From Methanobacteriota archaeon (GTDB lineage: Archaea > Thermoplasmatota > E2 > JACPAO01 > JAHWKR01): DNA of 64,000 bases. How positions within the stretch are numbered: position 1 is the stretch's first letter; every line of letters begins with the position of its first letter. This document shows, one piece after another, positions 51,556-62,271 of this stretch. Below the pieces are notes generated by a model. That model saw only the letters and a list, made by a program, of their open reading frames with translations. It was not told the origin of the DNA and made no database searches. The translations under genes and the position numbers were made by a program. The stretch lies in contig JAHWKR010000002.1 in the NCBI GenBank assembly GCA_019347805.1, forward strand, positions 2,137-66,136, given 5' to 3'.

Positions 51556-53181
51556 TCAGTCTTTTTTTCTCCCACCGACCTCTTCCCGCACATAGCGGAT
51601 CATCCTGATGGGGTGGAAGAGGTCGTAGAACATGAGAAGGTCCTTCCGGGTCACTTCGCGCAGGAGGATGAGGATGCCGAGGTAGAGGATCGTCCCGAGG
51701 ATCCCGGCGGCGGCGAGCTCCCAGACGCGGTCGACGCTTCCGAGCACTGGCGTATAGAGGAGATGCAGGACACCTGCGGTGATGGCCGCCGCGGCGATAT
51801 GCTTGACGAGGAACATGCCGAAATGGGTCTCTCCGGTGAGGCGGCGGCTGTACCAGACAAGGAGGACGAGTGCGATGGTCTGCGCGGTGACCGTCGCGAG
51901 GGCAGCGCCTGCCGAGCGGAGACCCAGGAGCGGGACACCAAGGATCGATTCGGGTATGAAGACGAAATTGAGCGTGATGTTGGATACGACCGAGACGATG
52001 CCGATGGCGGCGATGGTCTTCGGCCGGTCGTGGCCAAGGATGAGACTGGATGCGATGGTCGTCGTCGACACGATGAACGTATAGATGGCAAGGAGACGGA
52101 GGGTCTCGGCGGCCGGCAGGAATGAATCGCTGAGGAAGATGTGGATCCCTTCTTCCGCGAACATCAGGATGAACATGGTCAAGAGCACGATCCCGAGGCT
52201 CAGCAAGCGTTGCGTCGAACGTGCGACGGTCCGCACGCCTTCGGTGTCCCCGGCACGTGAGAGTTGGCTGATCGTGGGGAAAAAGAGCGTCCGTACGGCC
52301 ACGGGCACGATGATGACCATGGTGGTGATACGGACCGCGGCATAGTAGTAACCGACCTCCCGCGCGTTCCAGAAATAACCGATCATGAAGGCGTCGAGAT
52401 GGTTCGCGATGAGATGCAGCGAAGAGACGACGGCGATGGGGATGGCGAACCGGGTGTAGCTGCGGGCGAGTGCCGGGTCATAGCCTCCGATCGGCATCCC
52501 ATGGTACCGGAACAGGGCGAACGCCGCGATGACACTGACAAGGAGCGCAACACCATGCGCCAAAGCGATGAGGAGCGCCCCGGTCTCGATGGTGACCGGT
52601 CCGACCACACCGAGCCTGCCCATGAGTCCCTCCACGATGTCACCGAAGGGCACCCACCTGCCGTTCAACAGGCCGTACGCGAGCGCGAAGATGATGAGAA
52701 GCGGTGTCTTCACGACGTGCTCGACGATGTTGAGGGTCTGGGTCCGGGCCGTCTGCCTGAGCGCGTCGAACGTCGCGGTCGGCACGAGCCGGACCTCGAG
52801 AAGGACCGCATAGGCCAACGTGACGAAGACCACCGATGCGGTGGTCGCGTCGAAGAACCCTTGGAACCGGTCCCACAGGATGACCGCGACCGAGACGCCG
52901 AGGACGAAGACGGTGATGAGGAGGGCCTTGATGCGCAGGTAGGTCCCGTTGCATCGGGCGAGGTCCTCGCCCTCCGACACGCGCTTGATGTGGGCGTTGT
53001 CGTAGCCGAGACGGGTGAGGAAGGCCCCGAGGCTGACGATGCTGAGCGAGAAGGCGAACATGCCGTATGGGGTAGGTCCCATATAGCGACCGATCACGAA
53101 CAGGGCGACCAGGCCGGCGAAGGCTCCGATTGTGTTCGTGACGAGGATGAGGAGGGACTTCCGGCTCAGCACCGTGCGCAC
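51556..53181 (-). CDS. Polysaccharide biosynthesis protein / Wzx-type flippase (MOP superfamily)
   Basis: 541 aa, ~14 TMs, MOP-like. Confidence 0.8.
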   Translation of the reverse strand: MRTVLSRKSLLILVTNTIGAFAGLVALFVIGRYMGPTPYGMFAFSLSIVSLGAFLTRLGYDNAHIKRVSEGEDLARCNGTYLRIKALLITVFVLGVSVAVILWDRFQGFFDATTASVVFVTLAYAVLLEVRLVPTATFDALRQTARTQTLNIVEHVVKTPLLIIFALAYGLLNGRWVPFGDIVEGLMGRLGVVGPVTIETGALLIALAHGVALLVSVIAAFALFRYHGMPIGGYDPALARSYTRFAIPIAVVSSLHLIANHLDAFMIGYFWNAREVGYYYAAVRITTMVIIVPVAVRTLFFPTISQLSRAGDTEGVRTVARSTQRLLSLGIVLLTMFILMFAEEGIHIFLSDSFLPAAETLRLLAIYTFIVSTTTIASSLILGHDRPKTIAAIGIVSVVSNITLNFVFIPESILGVPLLGLRSAGAALATVTAQTIALVLLVWYSRRLTGETHFGMFLVKHIAAAAITAGVLHLLYTPVLGSVDRVWELAAAGILGTILYLGILILLREVTRKDLLMFYDLFHPIRMIRYVREEVGGRKKD

Positions 53182-53310
53182 CAGTCCGGGCCATCATTTA
53201 TATCTACCAGACTCCGGAGTGGTGGTCCGGAGCATGCGCCCACGCCTCGACACGATTAAGAACCTCTTGGGACTCGAACAGGTTCCGGGCCGACCGGCCA
53301 GGGATGCACA

Positions 53311-54471
53311 TTGACACGGCCCCGTGCGCTTTTCATGCAACCACGCCTCTGTTCGAGGGCATGGAAGGAGGCGAAAGCGCTCACGGAGGCTGGTGCCGAG
53401 GTGTCACTCATCGAACTCCGGGATCCTTCCCCCATCATGGACTATTCCATCTTCCGACGCCATGTCAACCTCCCCTTCGCCCCTGACCTTATCGCGATGG
53501 TCCGCGACCGATCGAAGATCCTCCGGGCGATCAAGAGCGAAGTGATGGCCTCCGGCTATGACGTCGTCCACACGCACAACGGCCCCGACTGCTTCGGCGC
53601 GTGGCTCCCCTCCGTCCTCGACGTGCCCGTCGTCCATGACATCCATGACATCGAGACCGCAGCCGAGACGGATTGGCCGAAGACCGCACGGTTCCACCGC
53701 CTGAAAGGCAAGACCATCGACTGGTTGAAGAGACGATGGGAACACAAGGCGAGCACCCGGACCGCGGGCGTTCTCACCACGTCCCCCGCCGCGGCACGCT
53801 TCATCCGCGACCGCCACGGCGGGCGCAACGTCTTCGCGCTCGAGAACAAGCCGTTCAAGGGCGACCACGACCTCAGACCGAAACTCAGTTCCCATGACGG
53901 CGAGACACATCTCGTCTATGCGGGGGGGATCACCGTGGCCAAGGGCAGCGAACGGGACCTCCTGCCCGTCTTCAAGCGGATGGCAGCGGACGGCCTCCAT
54001 GTCCATCTCTACCTGATGACCTACAATGAATCGATCCGCCAGGCGGTGGAAGAACAGACGGAGGACGACAGGCGGCTCCATCTCCACGCCCCTGTCCCCC
54101 AAGCGGGCTTCATCGAGGAGGTCAGCCAGTACGACTACGGCCTCATCTGGTTCACGGACATGAACGACAACATCCGGGTCACGACCCAGAACAAGCTCTA
54201 CGAGTTCCAGGTGGCCGGCGTGCCCATCATCACCAACCTGCAGGAAGGCTATACGGCGGAATACATCCAGAAAAAAGGCTGCGGCCTGGTGGTCAAGGGC
54301 GCCGAAGAGGTGCGCGACGCCATCGCCACGAGCGAGGGCTTCCGGCTCGACCCGAGCGATTGTTTCATGGACGGCCAGGACATCCTCGACATCTACGACA
54401 CCGTCCTCGGCCGCACCAGCTTAGACGGTGGACACCGGCCGCCGCTTGCCGTTGGGGGGACGACCGCATGA
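53311..54471 (+). CDS. Glycosyltransferase (GT4-like), paralog of the partial gene at window end
   Basis: GT-B-like. The stop overlaps the downstream methyltransferase start (ATGA). Confidence 0.7.
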   Translation: MTRPRALFMQPRLCSRAWKEAKALTEAGAEVSLIELRDPSPIMDYSIFRRHVNLPFAPDLIAMVRDRSKILRAIKSEVMASGYDVVHTHNGPDCFGAWLPSVLDVPVVHDIHDIETAAETDWPKTARFHRLKGKTIDWLKRRWEHKASTRTAGVLTTSPAAARFIRDRHGGRNVFALENKPFKGDHDLRPKLSSHDGETHLVYAGGITVAKGSERDLLPVFKRMAADGLHVHLYLMTYNESIRQAVEEQTEDDRRLHLHAPVPQAGFIEEVSQYDYGLIWFTDMNDNIRVTTQNKLYEFQVAGVPIITNLQEGYTAEYIQKKGCGLVVKGAEEVRDAIATSEGFRLDPSDCFMDGQDILDIYDTVLGRTSLDGGHRPPLAVGGTTA

Positions 54472-55100
54472 CCGAAGGACGATGGCGGGTCGAGTTTCCC
54501 CCCGTCACGGATGAGGAGACGGCGCGTATCCTGTCGTCGGAGCAGCGGACCGGACGTAAACTCAACCTGGGCTGTGGCCGCGACATCCGGCCCAAGGAGG
54601 AAGGCTGGACCAACCTCGACCTTGTGGGCCTGCCGGGTGTCGATGTCGTCCACGACATCTTCGACCTCCCGTATCCTTTCGATGACGCGGCCTTCGACCA
54701 CATCCTCGCCAGTCACGTCCTGGAGCACATCCCGGACCGCCTCGGTGACGAAGACGGCCTCCTGCGCGTCATGGACGAACTCCACCGCATCCTCGCGCCC
54801 GGTGGCGTCCTCCACGTCAAGGTGCCCCACTACCGGCTCGAGCCGGAGGTCTATTTCTCCAACCCGACGCATTACCGCCTGATCTCACCCCTCACGTTCG
54901 CCGGTTATCTGGGCATCGACGGCACCTGCATCCAGTACCACACCGCCGCCCGCTTCCGACACATGGTCACCCGCGAGAACCGGAAGACGCGGCTCTTCGG
55001 TGACCGCATCAACTCCTGGCACCTCAAGAAGTACCTTGGGATGGAGAACCTGCCCGGCCTGTCGAAGCCCTACGAACTCGAGATCTTCTTGGAGAAGTGA
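54468..55100 (+). CDS. Class I SAM-dependent methyltransferase
   Basis: LNLGCGRD motif I. The ATG is coupled to the upstream stop. Confidence 0.7.
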   Translation: MTEGRWRVEFPPVTDEETARILSSEQRTGRKLNLGCGRDIRPKEEGWTNLDLVGLPGVDVVHDIFDLPYPFDDAAFDHILASHVLEHIPDRLGDEDGLLRVMDELHRILAPGGVLHVKVPHYRLEPEVYFSNPTHYRLISPLTFAGYLGIDGTCIQYHTAARFRHMVTRENRKTRLFGDRINSWHLKKYLGMENLPGLSKPYELEIFLEK

Positions 55101-55162
55101 GCCGGCCCCACCCCGGACCTTAAATGCGGGGCCAAGCTCGCCCCCGTCCACGGAGCCAGTCG

Positions 55163-56284
55163 ATGAAGGTCGCAGTCGTCCTCGGCACCCGCCCCGAGAT
55201 CATCAAGATGGCCCCCGTCATCAAGGCGCTCGACGCGCGCGGCGTGACACCTATTCTCATCCACACCGGCCAGCACTACTCGTACGAGATGGACCGGCTC
55301 TTCTTCGAAGACCTGGCGCTCCCCGAAGCCGACCACAACCTGGAGGTCGGTTCCGGACGACAAGGCGAGCAGACCGGCCGCATGCTCGCGCGGATCGAGA
55401 CGACCCTCCTCGACGAGGCCCCGGACGCCGTTCTTGTCCAAGGCGACACGAACACGGTGCTCGCCGGCGCCCTCGCGGCCGCCAAGCTCCTCATCCCCAT
55501 CGGACACGTTGAGGCGGGTCTCCGCAGCTTCGACCGCACGATGCCGGAGGAGCTCAACCGGATCCTCGCGGACCACCTTTCCACCTGGCTCTTCGCTCCG
55601 ACGCCTCGCGCGGCTGCACAACTGGCCCAAGAAGGTATCCCCGACCGCCGGGTATCGGTGACCGGGAACACCATCGTCGACGCCGTCCACTACGCGGCTG
55701 AACGCGCCGCGACGAAGAGCGCCGTCCTGGGGCGCCTCGGGCTCACGGGCGATGGTTACCTCCTGCTCACCGCGCACCGGCAGGAGAACGTCGACGACCG
55801 CCACAGGTTCGCCGGCATCCTGAAGGGGGCGGCGCAGGTCGGCGATGCACTCGGACACGAGGTCGTGTACCCGATCCACCCGCGGGCGCGCAAGATGCTC
55901 GAAGGGTTCGGACTCGATACGTCCTCCTTGCGCCTCATCGAGCCGGTCGGCTTTCTCGACTTCCTCGAACTGGAACGGAACGCGCGGCTCGTGCTCACCG
56001 ATTCCGGAGGCGTCCAGGAAGAGAGCTGCATCCTCGGGGTCCCCTGCGTCACGCTCCGCGACAACACCGAACGCCCCGAGACGGTCGACGTCGGTGGCAA
56101 CGTCCTCGCAGGCACCGACCCGGAGCGGATCGTCCGAGCGGCCAAGAGGATGTCAGCTGTCATACGCGGATGGGACAACCCCTTCGGCGACGGGCACGCT
56201 TCGGAGCGCATCGCCCGCGCGGTCATGACGGGTCCACCGGATACGGCACCAGAAGGGAAGCTCGCTGCGGAGGGGACGACTTGA
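55163..56284 (+). CDS. wecB: UDP-N-acetylglucosamine 2-epimerase (non-hydrolysing)
   Basis: MKVAVVLGTRPEIIKMAPV, HTGQHY, DRTMPEE and HVEAGLRS motifs. Confidence 0.85.
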   Translation: MKVAVVLGTRPEIIKMAPVIKALDARGVTPILIHTGQHYSYEMDRLFFEDLALPEADHNLEVGSGRQGEQTGRMLARIETTLLDEAPDAVLVQGDTNTVLAGALAAAKLLIPIGHVEAGLRSFDRTMPEELNRILADHLSTWLFAPTPRAAAQLAQEGIPDRRVSVTGNTIVDAVHYAAERAATKSAVLGRLGLTGDGYLLLTAHRQENVDDRHRFAGILKGAAQVGDALGHEVVYPIHPRARKMLEGFGLDTSSLRLIEPVGFLDFLELERNARLVLTDSGGVQEESCILGVPCVTLRDNTERPETVDVGGNVLAGTDPERIVRAAKRMSAVIRGWDNPFGDGHASERIARAVMTGPPDTAPEGKLAAEGTT

Positions 56285-56304
56285 AGGAACGGGCCGAGAA
56301 CGGC

Positions 56305-57573
56305 ATGTTGAGAGAAGGGGGGACGAGCGGGCGGAGGATCACCGTCGTCGGGCTCGGCTATATCGGCCTCCCCACCGCTGCCATGCTGGCCACACATGGC
56401 CATACGGTCTACGGCTTCGACACGAACCCACGCGTCATCGAACACCTCGAGAAAGGCAAGGTGCATATCGAGGAGCCGGGGCTCCTGGCGTTCGTCCGAG
56501 ACGCGCTCCACAGTGGGCGTTTCGTCCCTGTACGGGAAGTGCGACCGGCGGACGTCTACATCCTCTGCGTCCCTACTCCGTATGATGAGAAGGCGAAGCG
56601 TGCCGACCTCTCCTACATCACGAAGGCCGCGGAGGCGATCGTGCCCCACGTCAAAAAAGGCGACCTGGTGATCCTGGAGTCCACGGTCCCTGCCGGGACG
56701 ACGGCCGACCATCTGGGTCCGATCCTGGCGCGCTCCGGATTGGACCCGCTTCGTGACCTGGATCTTGCGCACTGTCCGGAGACCGTCCTGCCCGGGAACA
56801 TGATCAGCGAGCTCACGTCCAACGCCCGTGTCATCGGTGGTCTGACGCCGAATGCGACCCATGCGGCCGAGATGCTCTACCGATCGTTCGTGCGCGGCAC
56901 CCTGGTGACGACCGACGCGACGACCGCCGAATTCGTGAAGCTCATCCAGAACACCTATCGCGACGTCAATATCGCGCTCGCGAACGAGATCGGGATGGTC
57001 GCGGGCCAGAAAGGGATCGACGTCCGTGAGGCGATCCGCATCGCCAACCTGCACCCTCGGGTCGACCTGCATGCCCCGGGTCCAGGCGTCGGTGGACATT
57101 GCATCCCGATCGACCCCTGGTTCCTGGTCCAGGACACGCCTGATGCACGGCTCGTCCGGGTCTCCCGGGAGATCAACGACGGCATGCCGCACCGGGTCGT
57201 GGACAAGGTGCGGTCTCTGGTGAAGGATGTCGAGGCCCCGCGCATCGCGCTCTTGGGTCTTGCCTACAAAGCGGACGTCGACGATGTGCGCGAAAGCCCT
57301 GCCGTTCCGATCCTGGAACGACTGAAGGAGCATTTCGACGACGTGCGGGTCCATGATCCACATGTGAAGGATCCGAATTTCGACACCGTCCCGCTCAAGG
57401 TCGCGCTCGACGGCGCGGATTGCACGGTGATCGTGACCGGCCACTGGGAGTACTCGGCTCTCGACCCGCACAAGACCCGATCGGTGGTGCGGACGCCGAT
57501 CGTGTTCGACACGCGTGGGATCGTCTCCCGTCCCGAATGGGAAGAAGCAGGGTTCACCTTCGGCACATTGTGA
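56305..57573 (+). CDS. wecC: UDP-N-acetyl-D-mannosamine dehydrogenase (UDP-sugar 6-dehydrogenase family)
   Basis: VVGLGYIGLP Rossmann motif and catalytic Cys region GPGVGGHCIPID. Confidence 0.85.
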   Translation: MLREGGTSGRRITVVGLGYIGLPTAAMLATHGHTVYGFDTNPRVIEHLEKGKVHIEEPGLLAFVRDALHSGRFVPVREVRPADVYILCVPTPYDEKAKRADLSYITKAAEAIVPHVKKGDLVILESTVPAGTTADHLGPILARSGLDPLRDLDLAHCPETVLPGNMISELTSNARVIGGLTPNATHAAEMLYRSFVRGTLVTTDATTAEFVKLIQNTYRDVNIALANEIGMVAGQKGIDVREAIRIANLHPRVDLHAPGPGVGGHCIPIDPWFLVQDTPDARLVRVSREINDGMPHRVVDKVRSLVKDVEAPRIALLGLAYKADVDDVRESPAVPILERLKEHFDDVRVHDPHVKDPNFDTVPLKVALDGADCTVIVTGHWEYSALDPHKTRSVVRTPIVFDTRGIVSRPEWEEAGFTFGTL

Positions 57574-57729
57574 GTCTGGGTCGTCGGAGCCTGTCGAGAC
57601 ACGGTCAGGACGAAGCGTCTGGAACAGATGATCGCCGGTCTTCGGGGCCGTCTCGATGGGCCCCTTCGACAGTTTCAATAGAGCACCGGCTCTCGGACCG
57701 ACCCCTGTGAGGGGACCCGGAGCCGACCC

Positions 57730-58857
57730 ATGCGCATCCTGATGCTCCTGTCGAAATCCTATCGCGAGGACGCGCGCGTCCGCAAGGAGGCGGAGGCGCT
57801 CGTCGCGGCAGGCCATTCGGTCGTCGTGGTGGAGTGGGCGCGTCATGCCCCCGAGGCGCCGGCCACCGAAGAGGTCGGTGACGTCACGGTGGTGCGCCAT
57901 CACGAACGCGGTCTGGCACGGCTCGTCCCCGGCATGGTCTTGCGCAACCCGTTCTGGTGGCGTGCGGCGGCGCGCATCGGCACCCAACTCCACAAAGGAC
58001 GACCGTTCGATGTCGTCCATTGCCATGACCTCGATACCTTGCCGGCAGGGGTGCGCCTCAAGCGTCGCCTCGGCGTCCGATTGGTCTTCGACGCGCACGA
58101 GATCTTCAGTGTCATGGTGCGCTCGGACCGGGGGCGGCTCGTCTCTGCCGCCGCAGACCGGCTCGAATCGAGGCTGCTTCCGCAGGTCGACCACCTGGTC
58201 ACGGTGAACGAGGCTCTTGCCGAACGTTATGAGGCGCGTGTCACCGCACCGGTCACGGTCGTCATGAACTGCCCGGACCTTGCCACGCCAGCCGGTCCGC
58301 CGTCGGAGGGTCTCTTCACCGTGGTGTATGTCGGGCTCTTGCATCCTTCCCGCTTCTTCCCGGAGGCGGTGCACGCGCTCGGCTCGATGGATGGCGTCCG
58401 ATTCCATATCGCAGGCAAGAGGGAAGGAAACTGGCGTGAGGTCGAACAGGCCGCGAACGACTATCCGGAAGTGCGGTTCCTGGGGGCGATCCCTTCGACG
58501 GACGTCCTTGAGAGAATGGCCCGGGGTCACGCCGTGTTGTGCATGCTCGACCCGTCGGACCCGCAATACCAGGTGGCGACCGCCACCAAGGCGCTCGATG
58601 CCATGGCCGTCGCGCGTCCCTGCATCGCGACCCGTGGCACCTACACCGGTCGCCTTGTCGAAGAGGAGGGGACGGGTGTGACGGTCGCCTATGATGCCAC
58701 GTCCTTGCAAGCTGCGGTGGCGGCACTCCGAGACGACCCGGAAGCGGCGGCGCGACTCGGCGCCGAGGGCCGCAAAAAGGCCGAGAAGACCTACAATTGG
58801 GCCAGCCAGGCCGAGCGGCTCGTTCGGCTCTATCGCTCGATGGAGGAGGAAACGTGA
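57730..58857 (+). CDS. Glycosyltransferase family 4
   Basis: GT4 architecture with the E-x7-E region. Confidence 0.8.
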   Translation: MRILMLLSKSYREDARVRKEAEALVAAGHSVVVVEWARHAPEAPATEEVGDVTVVRHHERGLARLVPGMVLRNPFWWRAAARIGTQLHKGRPFDVVHCHDLDTLPAGVRLKRRLGVRLVFDAHEIFSVMVRSDRGRLVSAAADRLESRLLPQVDHLVTVNEALAERYEARVTAPVTVVMNCPDLATPAGPPSEGLFTVVYVGLLHPSRFFPEAVHALGSMDGVRFHIAGKREGNWREVEQAANDYPEVRFLGAIPSTDVLERMARGHAVLCMLDPSDPQYQVATATKALDAMAVARPCIATRGTYTGRLVEEEGTGVTVAYDATSLQAAVAALRDDPEAAARLGAEGRKKAEKTYNWASQAERLVRLYRSMEEET

Positions 58858-59993
58858 CCGGGCGGCACATCCTGATGCTGCTCTCGAACGCCTATTCCGA
58901 CGACCCGCGGGTGCGCAACGAGGTGCGCAGCCTGGTGGACCATGGCCATCGGGTCACGGTCGTCGCCTGGGACCGGGGTGCGACCGCACCGATGGAAGAG
59001 ACGCTGGACAGCGCGCACATCGTACGGGTCCGGCACACGGCGTGGATGCGATCGCTGCGTCTCGACCTTTTGCGCTTGCATGGCTGGTGGCGGCTCGCGG
59101 TCCGCACGGCCGAGCGGATCCATCATGCCGACCCGGTGGACGCGGTGCACGCCCATGACCTCGATACCTTGCCGGCCGGGGTCCGTCTGAAGCGGTCGCT
59201 CGGCCTCCCGCTCGTCTATGATGCGCACGAGATCTGGGGCCACATGCTCTCGCGTGACGTGCCGTGGCCGGTGCCGTCATGGTTCCATCGCAAAGAACGA
59301 CGCCTGGTGCGCGCGGTCGACCGCATCATCACGGTCAACCAGGTCCTTGTCGACCACTTCACCGACATGGGTGCGAAAGCGCCGATCGTGCTCGTCCAGA
59401 ACGCCCGGAAGGTGGCCGTTGAAAAATATACGCCCCCGCCGGGTCCGGGGTTCACGGTCCTCTATGTCGGCCGCTTGAACGCGGCGCGGTTCATCCTCCC
59501 CGCGATCGAGGCGCTCTCGGAGCTGCCACGCGTCCGGTTGCGGATCGGCGGCATCGGCAAGCCGGACTATGTCGCACGGGTCGAAGCGGCCGCCGCCCGA
59601 GCGCCGAACGTCGAGTTCCAGGGCCGGGTCCCGAACCCCGAGGTGGTCCCGATGACCTTGGCCGCCGATGTGGTGCTCCACATGCTCGACCCCTCAGATC
59701 GCAACAACCGCATCGCGACCGGCAACAAGCTGTTCGAGGCGATGGCGACCGGCCGCCCGATCATCACCACGGAGGGGACGAGCGACGGCGAGACGACACG
59801 GCGCGAAGGCACCGGTCTCGTGGTGCCGTTCGACAAGGGCGCCCTGCGCGATGCGGTGGTGCGTCTTCAGGGTGACCCTGACCTCGCCCGGGACCTCGGG
59901 CGGAAAGCGCTCGAGGCGGCAAAGCGGGAATACAACTGGGATGTTCAAGAGGAGCGGCTCGTCGCGATGTACCGCGGGTTGCTCAAGGATTAG
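58854..59993 (+). CDS. Glycosyltransferase family 4 (tandem paralog)
   Basis: GTG start overlaps the upstream stop (GTGA) and is preceded by GGAGGA. VTGRHILMLLSNAYSDDPRVRNEV. Confidence 0.8.
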   Translation: MTGRHILMLLSNAYSDDPRVRNEVRSLVDHGHRVTVVAWDRGATAPMEETLDSAHIVRVRHTAWMRSLRLDLLRLHGWWRLAVRTAERIHHADPVDAVHAHDLDTLPAGVRLKRSLGLPLVYDAHEIWGHMLSRDVPWPVPSWFHRKERRLVRAVDRIITVNQVLVDHFTDMGAKAPIVLVQNARKVAVEKYTPPPGPGFTVLYVGRLNAARFILPAIEALSELPRVRLRIGGIGKPDYVARVEAAAARAPNVEFQGRVPNPEVVPMTLAADVVLHMLDPSDRNNRIATGNKLFEAMATGRPIITTEGTSDGETTRREGTGLVVPFDKGALRDAVVRLQGDPDLARDLGRKALEAAKREYNWDVQEERLVAMYRGLLKD

Positions 59994-62053
59994 AGGGGAT
60001 GGGACGGGGGCATCCGGCCGATGTCGTCAAAGATACCGGATACGGTCGCGAACGGGGCGGGCAATTCGTCGGGGACGGGAACGGTTTGCGGCGCCTCGAC
60101 CGGTACGACGACCGGTCTCGTCTCGTCGGTGTAGGAGACGTCGAACTCGATGGTCCATTGCACCAGGTTGATCCATCGCCATACGGCCCAGGTGTAGGGC
60201 CGCTTGCCGCTCTTGATCTCGTCCCACTGGCGTTTCATGATGTCCCTGCGAAGGAACGGGACGCGCTTCGCGGCGTCAGAGTCGAGGAGGTCGCCGAGGT
60301 AGATCTCGAGGGCCTGGATCCACTCTTTCTCCGTTGTGGCGAAGCCGATCTTGTCCTTGCGGTCGAGCACCGCGTCGGGGACCAGGCCGCGCATGGCGTC
60401 ACGGAAGACACGCTTTGTGGTGCCGTCGGGGCCGATATGGTAGGATTCGGGCAATGATAGAAGATAAGAGACGAAACCGGGTGTCAGGAAAGGGACACGA
60501 GATTCGACGGAGAACGCCATCGAGTTGCGGTCGGCGTAGCGGAGAAGGATGGGAAGGCTGGTCTTGGTGGCGGTGCGCGCGAGGTCGCGAGCGAGCGCAC
60601 GGCGGGCGGTCTTGCGGTCGAGTTCAGGGCGGGCGCCGCGTTTCTTGAACCACTCGGTGTCGATCCAGTCGGGCCGCAGGTGGCGGCCGGCGAGGCCCAG
60701 GCGGACGAGCGTGCGGGCCATTTTTCGCGGGATGAAGCGCTCCATCGTTTCCACCGCGAGCGCCTTGGGGTCGACCCCGGGCATGCGCGCCATTCTACGA
60801 TAGAGACGGGCGGCGGCGAAGATCCGTCCGGAAGAGACGAGGCTGGCGAGTCGTGCCGGATAGTAGTAGCGATATCCGGCGAGCACCTCGTCCGCGCCCT
60901 GTCCGTCCAAGGTGACCTTGATACCCGCCTCGTTGGCGGCGCGGAACACGCAGTATTGGGCGTAGATGGAGGTGCTGCCGAACGGTTCACCCTGTTTTCG
61001 GATCAGACGGGGGAGGTCTTCGAGGAACGTGAGAACGTCAGGACGGACCTTGTGCGGGGTGGCGCCGGCTTCCTTGGTGACAAGGTCGATCCAGCTCTCT
61101 TCGCTCAGCTTCGGGTCGTCGGCGATGTAGCTGAACGTGTGGATTCTCTGTTCGGGTCCACCCAGGTGGCGCATGGCCATGACGATGGCGGACGAGTCGA
61201 TGCCGCCGGAGAGCGCGGCGCCGACGGGGACGTCGCTCCGAAGGTGCAGGCGGACGTTCTTGAGGAACATCTCGCGGACGGTCCGGACGGCTTCGTCGTA
61301 GGGGACATCGGTGCGGTTTCGCGGGTCCACTTGCCAGTAACAGACCGGCGGTGTGGGTCGGGGGTCGTCGAGGTCGAGGCGCATCCAGTGTGCGGGCGGG
61401 ACCTGGCGGACGTGCGAAAAGAGCGTCTCGGTGCCGTCGGTGGGTCCCCCGGCGGCGGTCGTGAGGTAGTGGTGGACGCGTTCGATGTCGGCGCTCCGCG
61501 GCACCCAGGAGAGGTCGAGGAGAGTCGCGATCTCGGAGGCGAAAGCCAACCCTTCCGGACCGTGGGCATAGAAGAGCGGTTTGATGCCGAACGGGTCGCG
61601 GGCGAAGAACAGGCTCCGCTCCTCGCGGTCGAGGATCACGAAGGCGAACATGCCGACGAGCCGACCGAGCGCCTTCTCCCCCCATTGGACATAGGCGGCA
61701 AGGAGCACTTCCGTGTCCGAGTCGCTATGGAACGTGTGCCCGAGGCCCTCCAGTTCCGCCCGGAGTTCGATGAAGTTGTAGATCTCGCCGTTGAAGACGA
61801 TGTGGTGTCGGCCGTCCGGGCTGGCCATGGGTTGACGACCCGCAGGACTCAGGTCGAGGATGGAGAGGCGCTGGTGGATGAACACCGGGGCCGTGATGAA
61901 GGCGTCATCAGGGAGGCCGTCGACCGGCCCGCCTGCGGGGAAGGTCGTGATGCCATGGTCATCAGGACCACGATGCTCGAGGCTCTTGGCCATCGTGAGC
62001 ACCGCCTCACGGCTCTGGTGGACGCGGGGGATCAAGCCGGCGATGCCGCACAT
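59990..62053 (-). CDS. Asparagine synthetase B-like glutamine amidotransferase
   Basis: MCGIAG N-terminal nucleophile and the PP-loop SGGIDSS. Confidence 0.85.
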   Translation of the reverse strand: MCGIAGLIPRVHQSREAVLTMAKSLEHRGPDDHGITTFPAGGPVDGLPDDAFITAPVFIHQRLSILDLSPAGRQPMASPDGRHHIVFNGEIYNFIELRAELEGLGHTFHSDSDTEVLLAAYVQWGEKALGRLVGMFAFVILDREERSLFFARDPFGIKPLFYAHGPEGLAFASEIATLLDLSWVPRSADIERVHHYLTTAAGGPTDGTETLFSHVRQVPPAHWMRLDLDDPRPTPPVCYWQVDPRNRTDVPYDEAVRTVREMFLKNVRLHLRSDVPVGAALSGGIDSSAIVMAMRHLGGPEQRIHTFSYIADDPKLSEESWIDLVTKEAGATPHKVRPDVLTFLEDLPRLIRKQGEPFGSTSIYAQYCVFRAANEAGIKVTLDGQGADEVLAGYRYYYPARLASLVSSGRIFAAARLYRRMARMPGVDPKALAVETMERFIPRKMARTLVRLGLAGRHLRPDWIDTEWFKKRGARPELDRKTARRALARDLARTATKTSLPILLRYADRNSMAFSVESRVPFLTPGFVSYLLSLPESYHIGPDGTTKRVFRDAMRGLVPDAVLDRKDKIGFATTEKEWIQALEIYLGDLLDSDAAKRVPFLRRDIMKRQWDEIKSGKRPYTWAVWRWINLVQWTIEFDVSYTDETRPVVVPVEAPQTVPVPDELPAPFATVSGIFDDIGRMPPSHPL

Positions 62054-62271
62054 GTGGGTTCTCTCGTACCTCGCTCCGCGGCCACCGATGCCGAAGGATG
62101 GCGGGCCTGAGACGGATTTGTCCCTTTGGCATGTAAATGCATCTGTCGGGACCTCTTTTTCCCCTGACCGGCGGTCTTTCTGTCTCTCCTGCCGCGTAGG
62201 GGGTCGCTCTATCCCGCAGCTCCGGCCGCACGTCCCTCCTTTCTTAAACCGCGGTCCCTTCGGGCCGAGCC

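Noticed and set aside
53255-53300. tRNA-like GTTCGAGTCC motif on minus strand
   Set aside because: The surrounding sequence does not form acceptor or T-arm pairing. It lies in the Wzx/GT divergent promoter gap and is probably chance.
55756-58710. 984-aa minus-strand ORF
   Set aside because: Antisense to wecB, wecC and GT4, which have strong motifs on the + strand.
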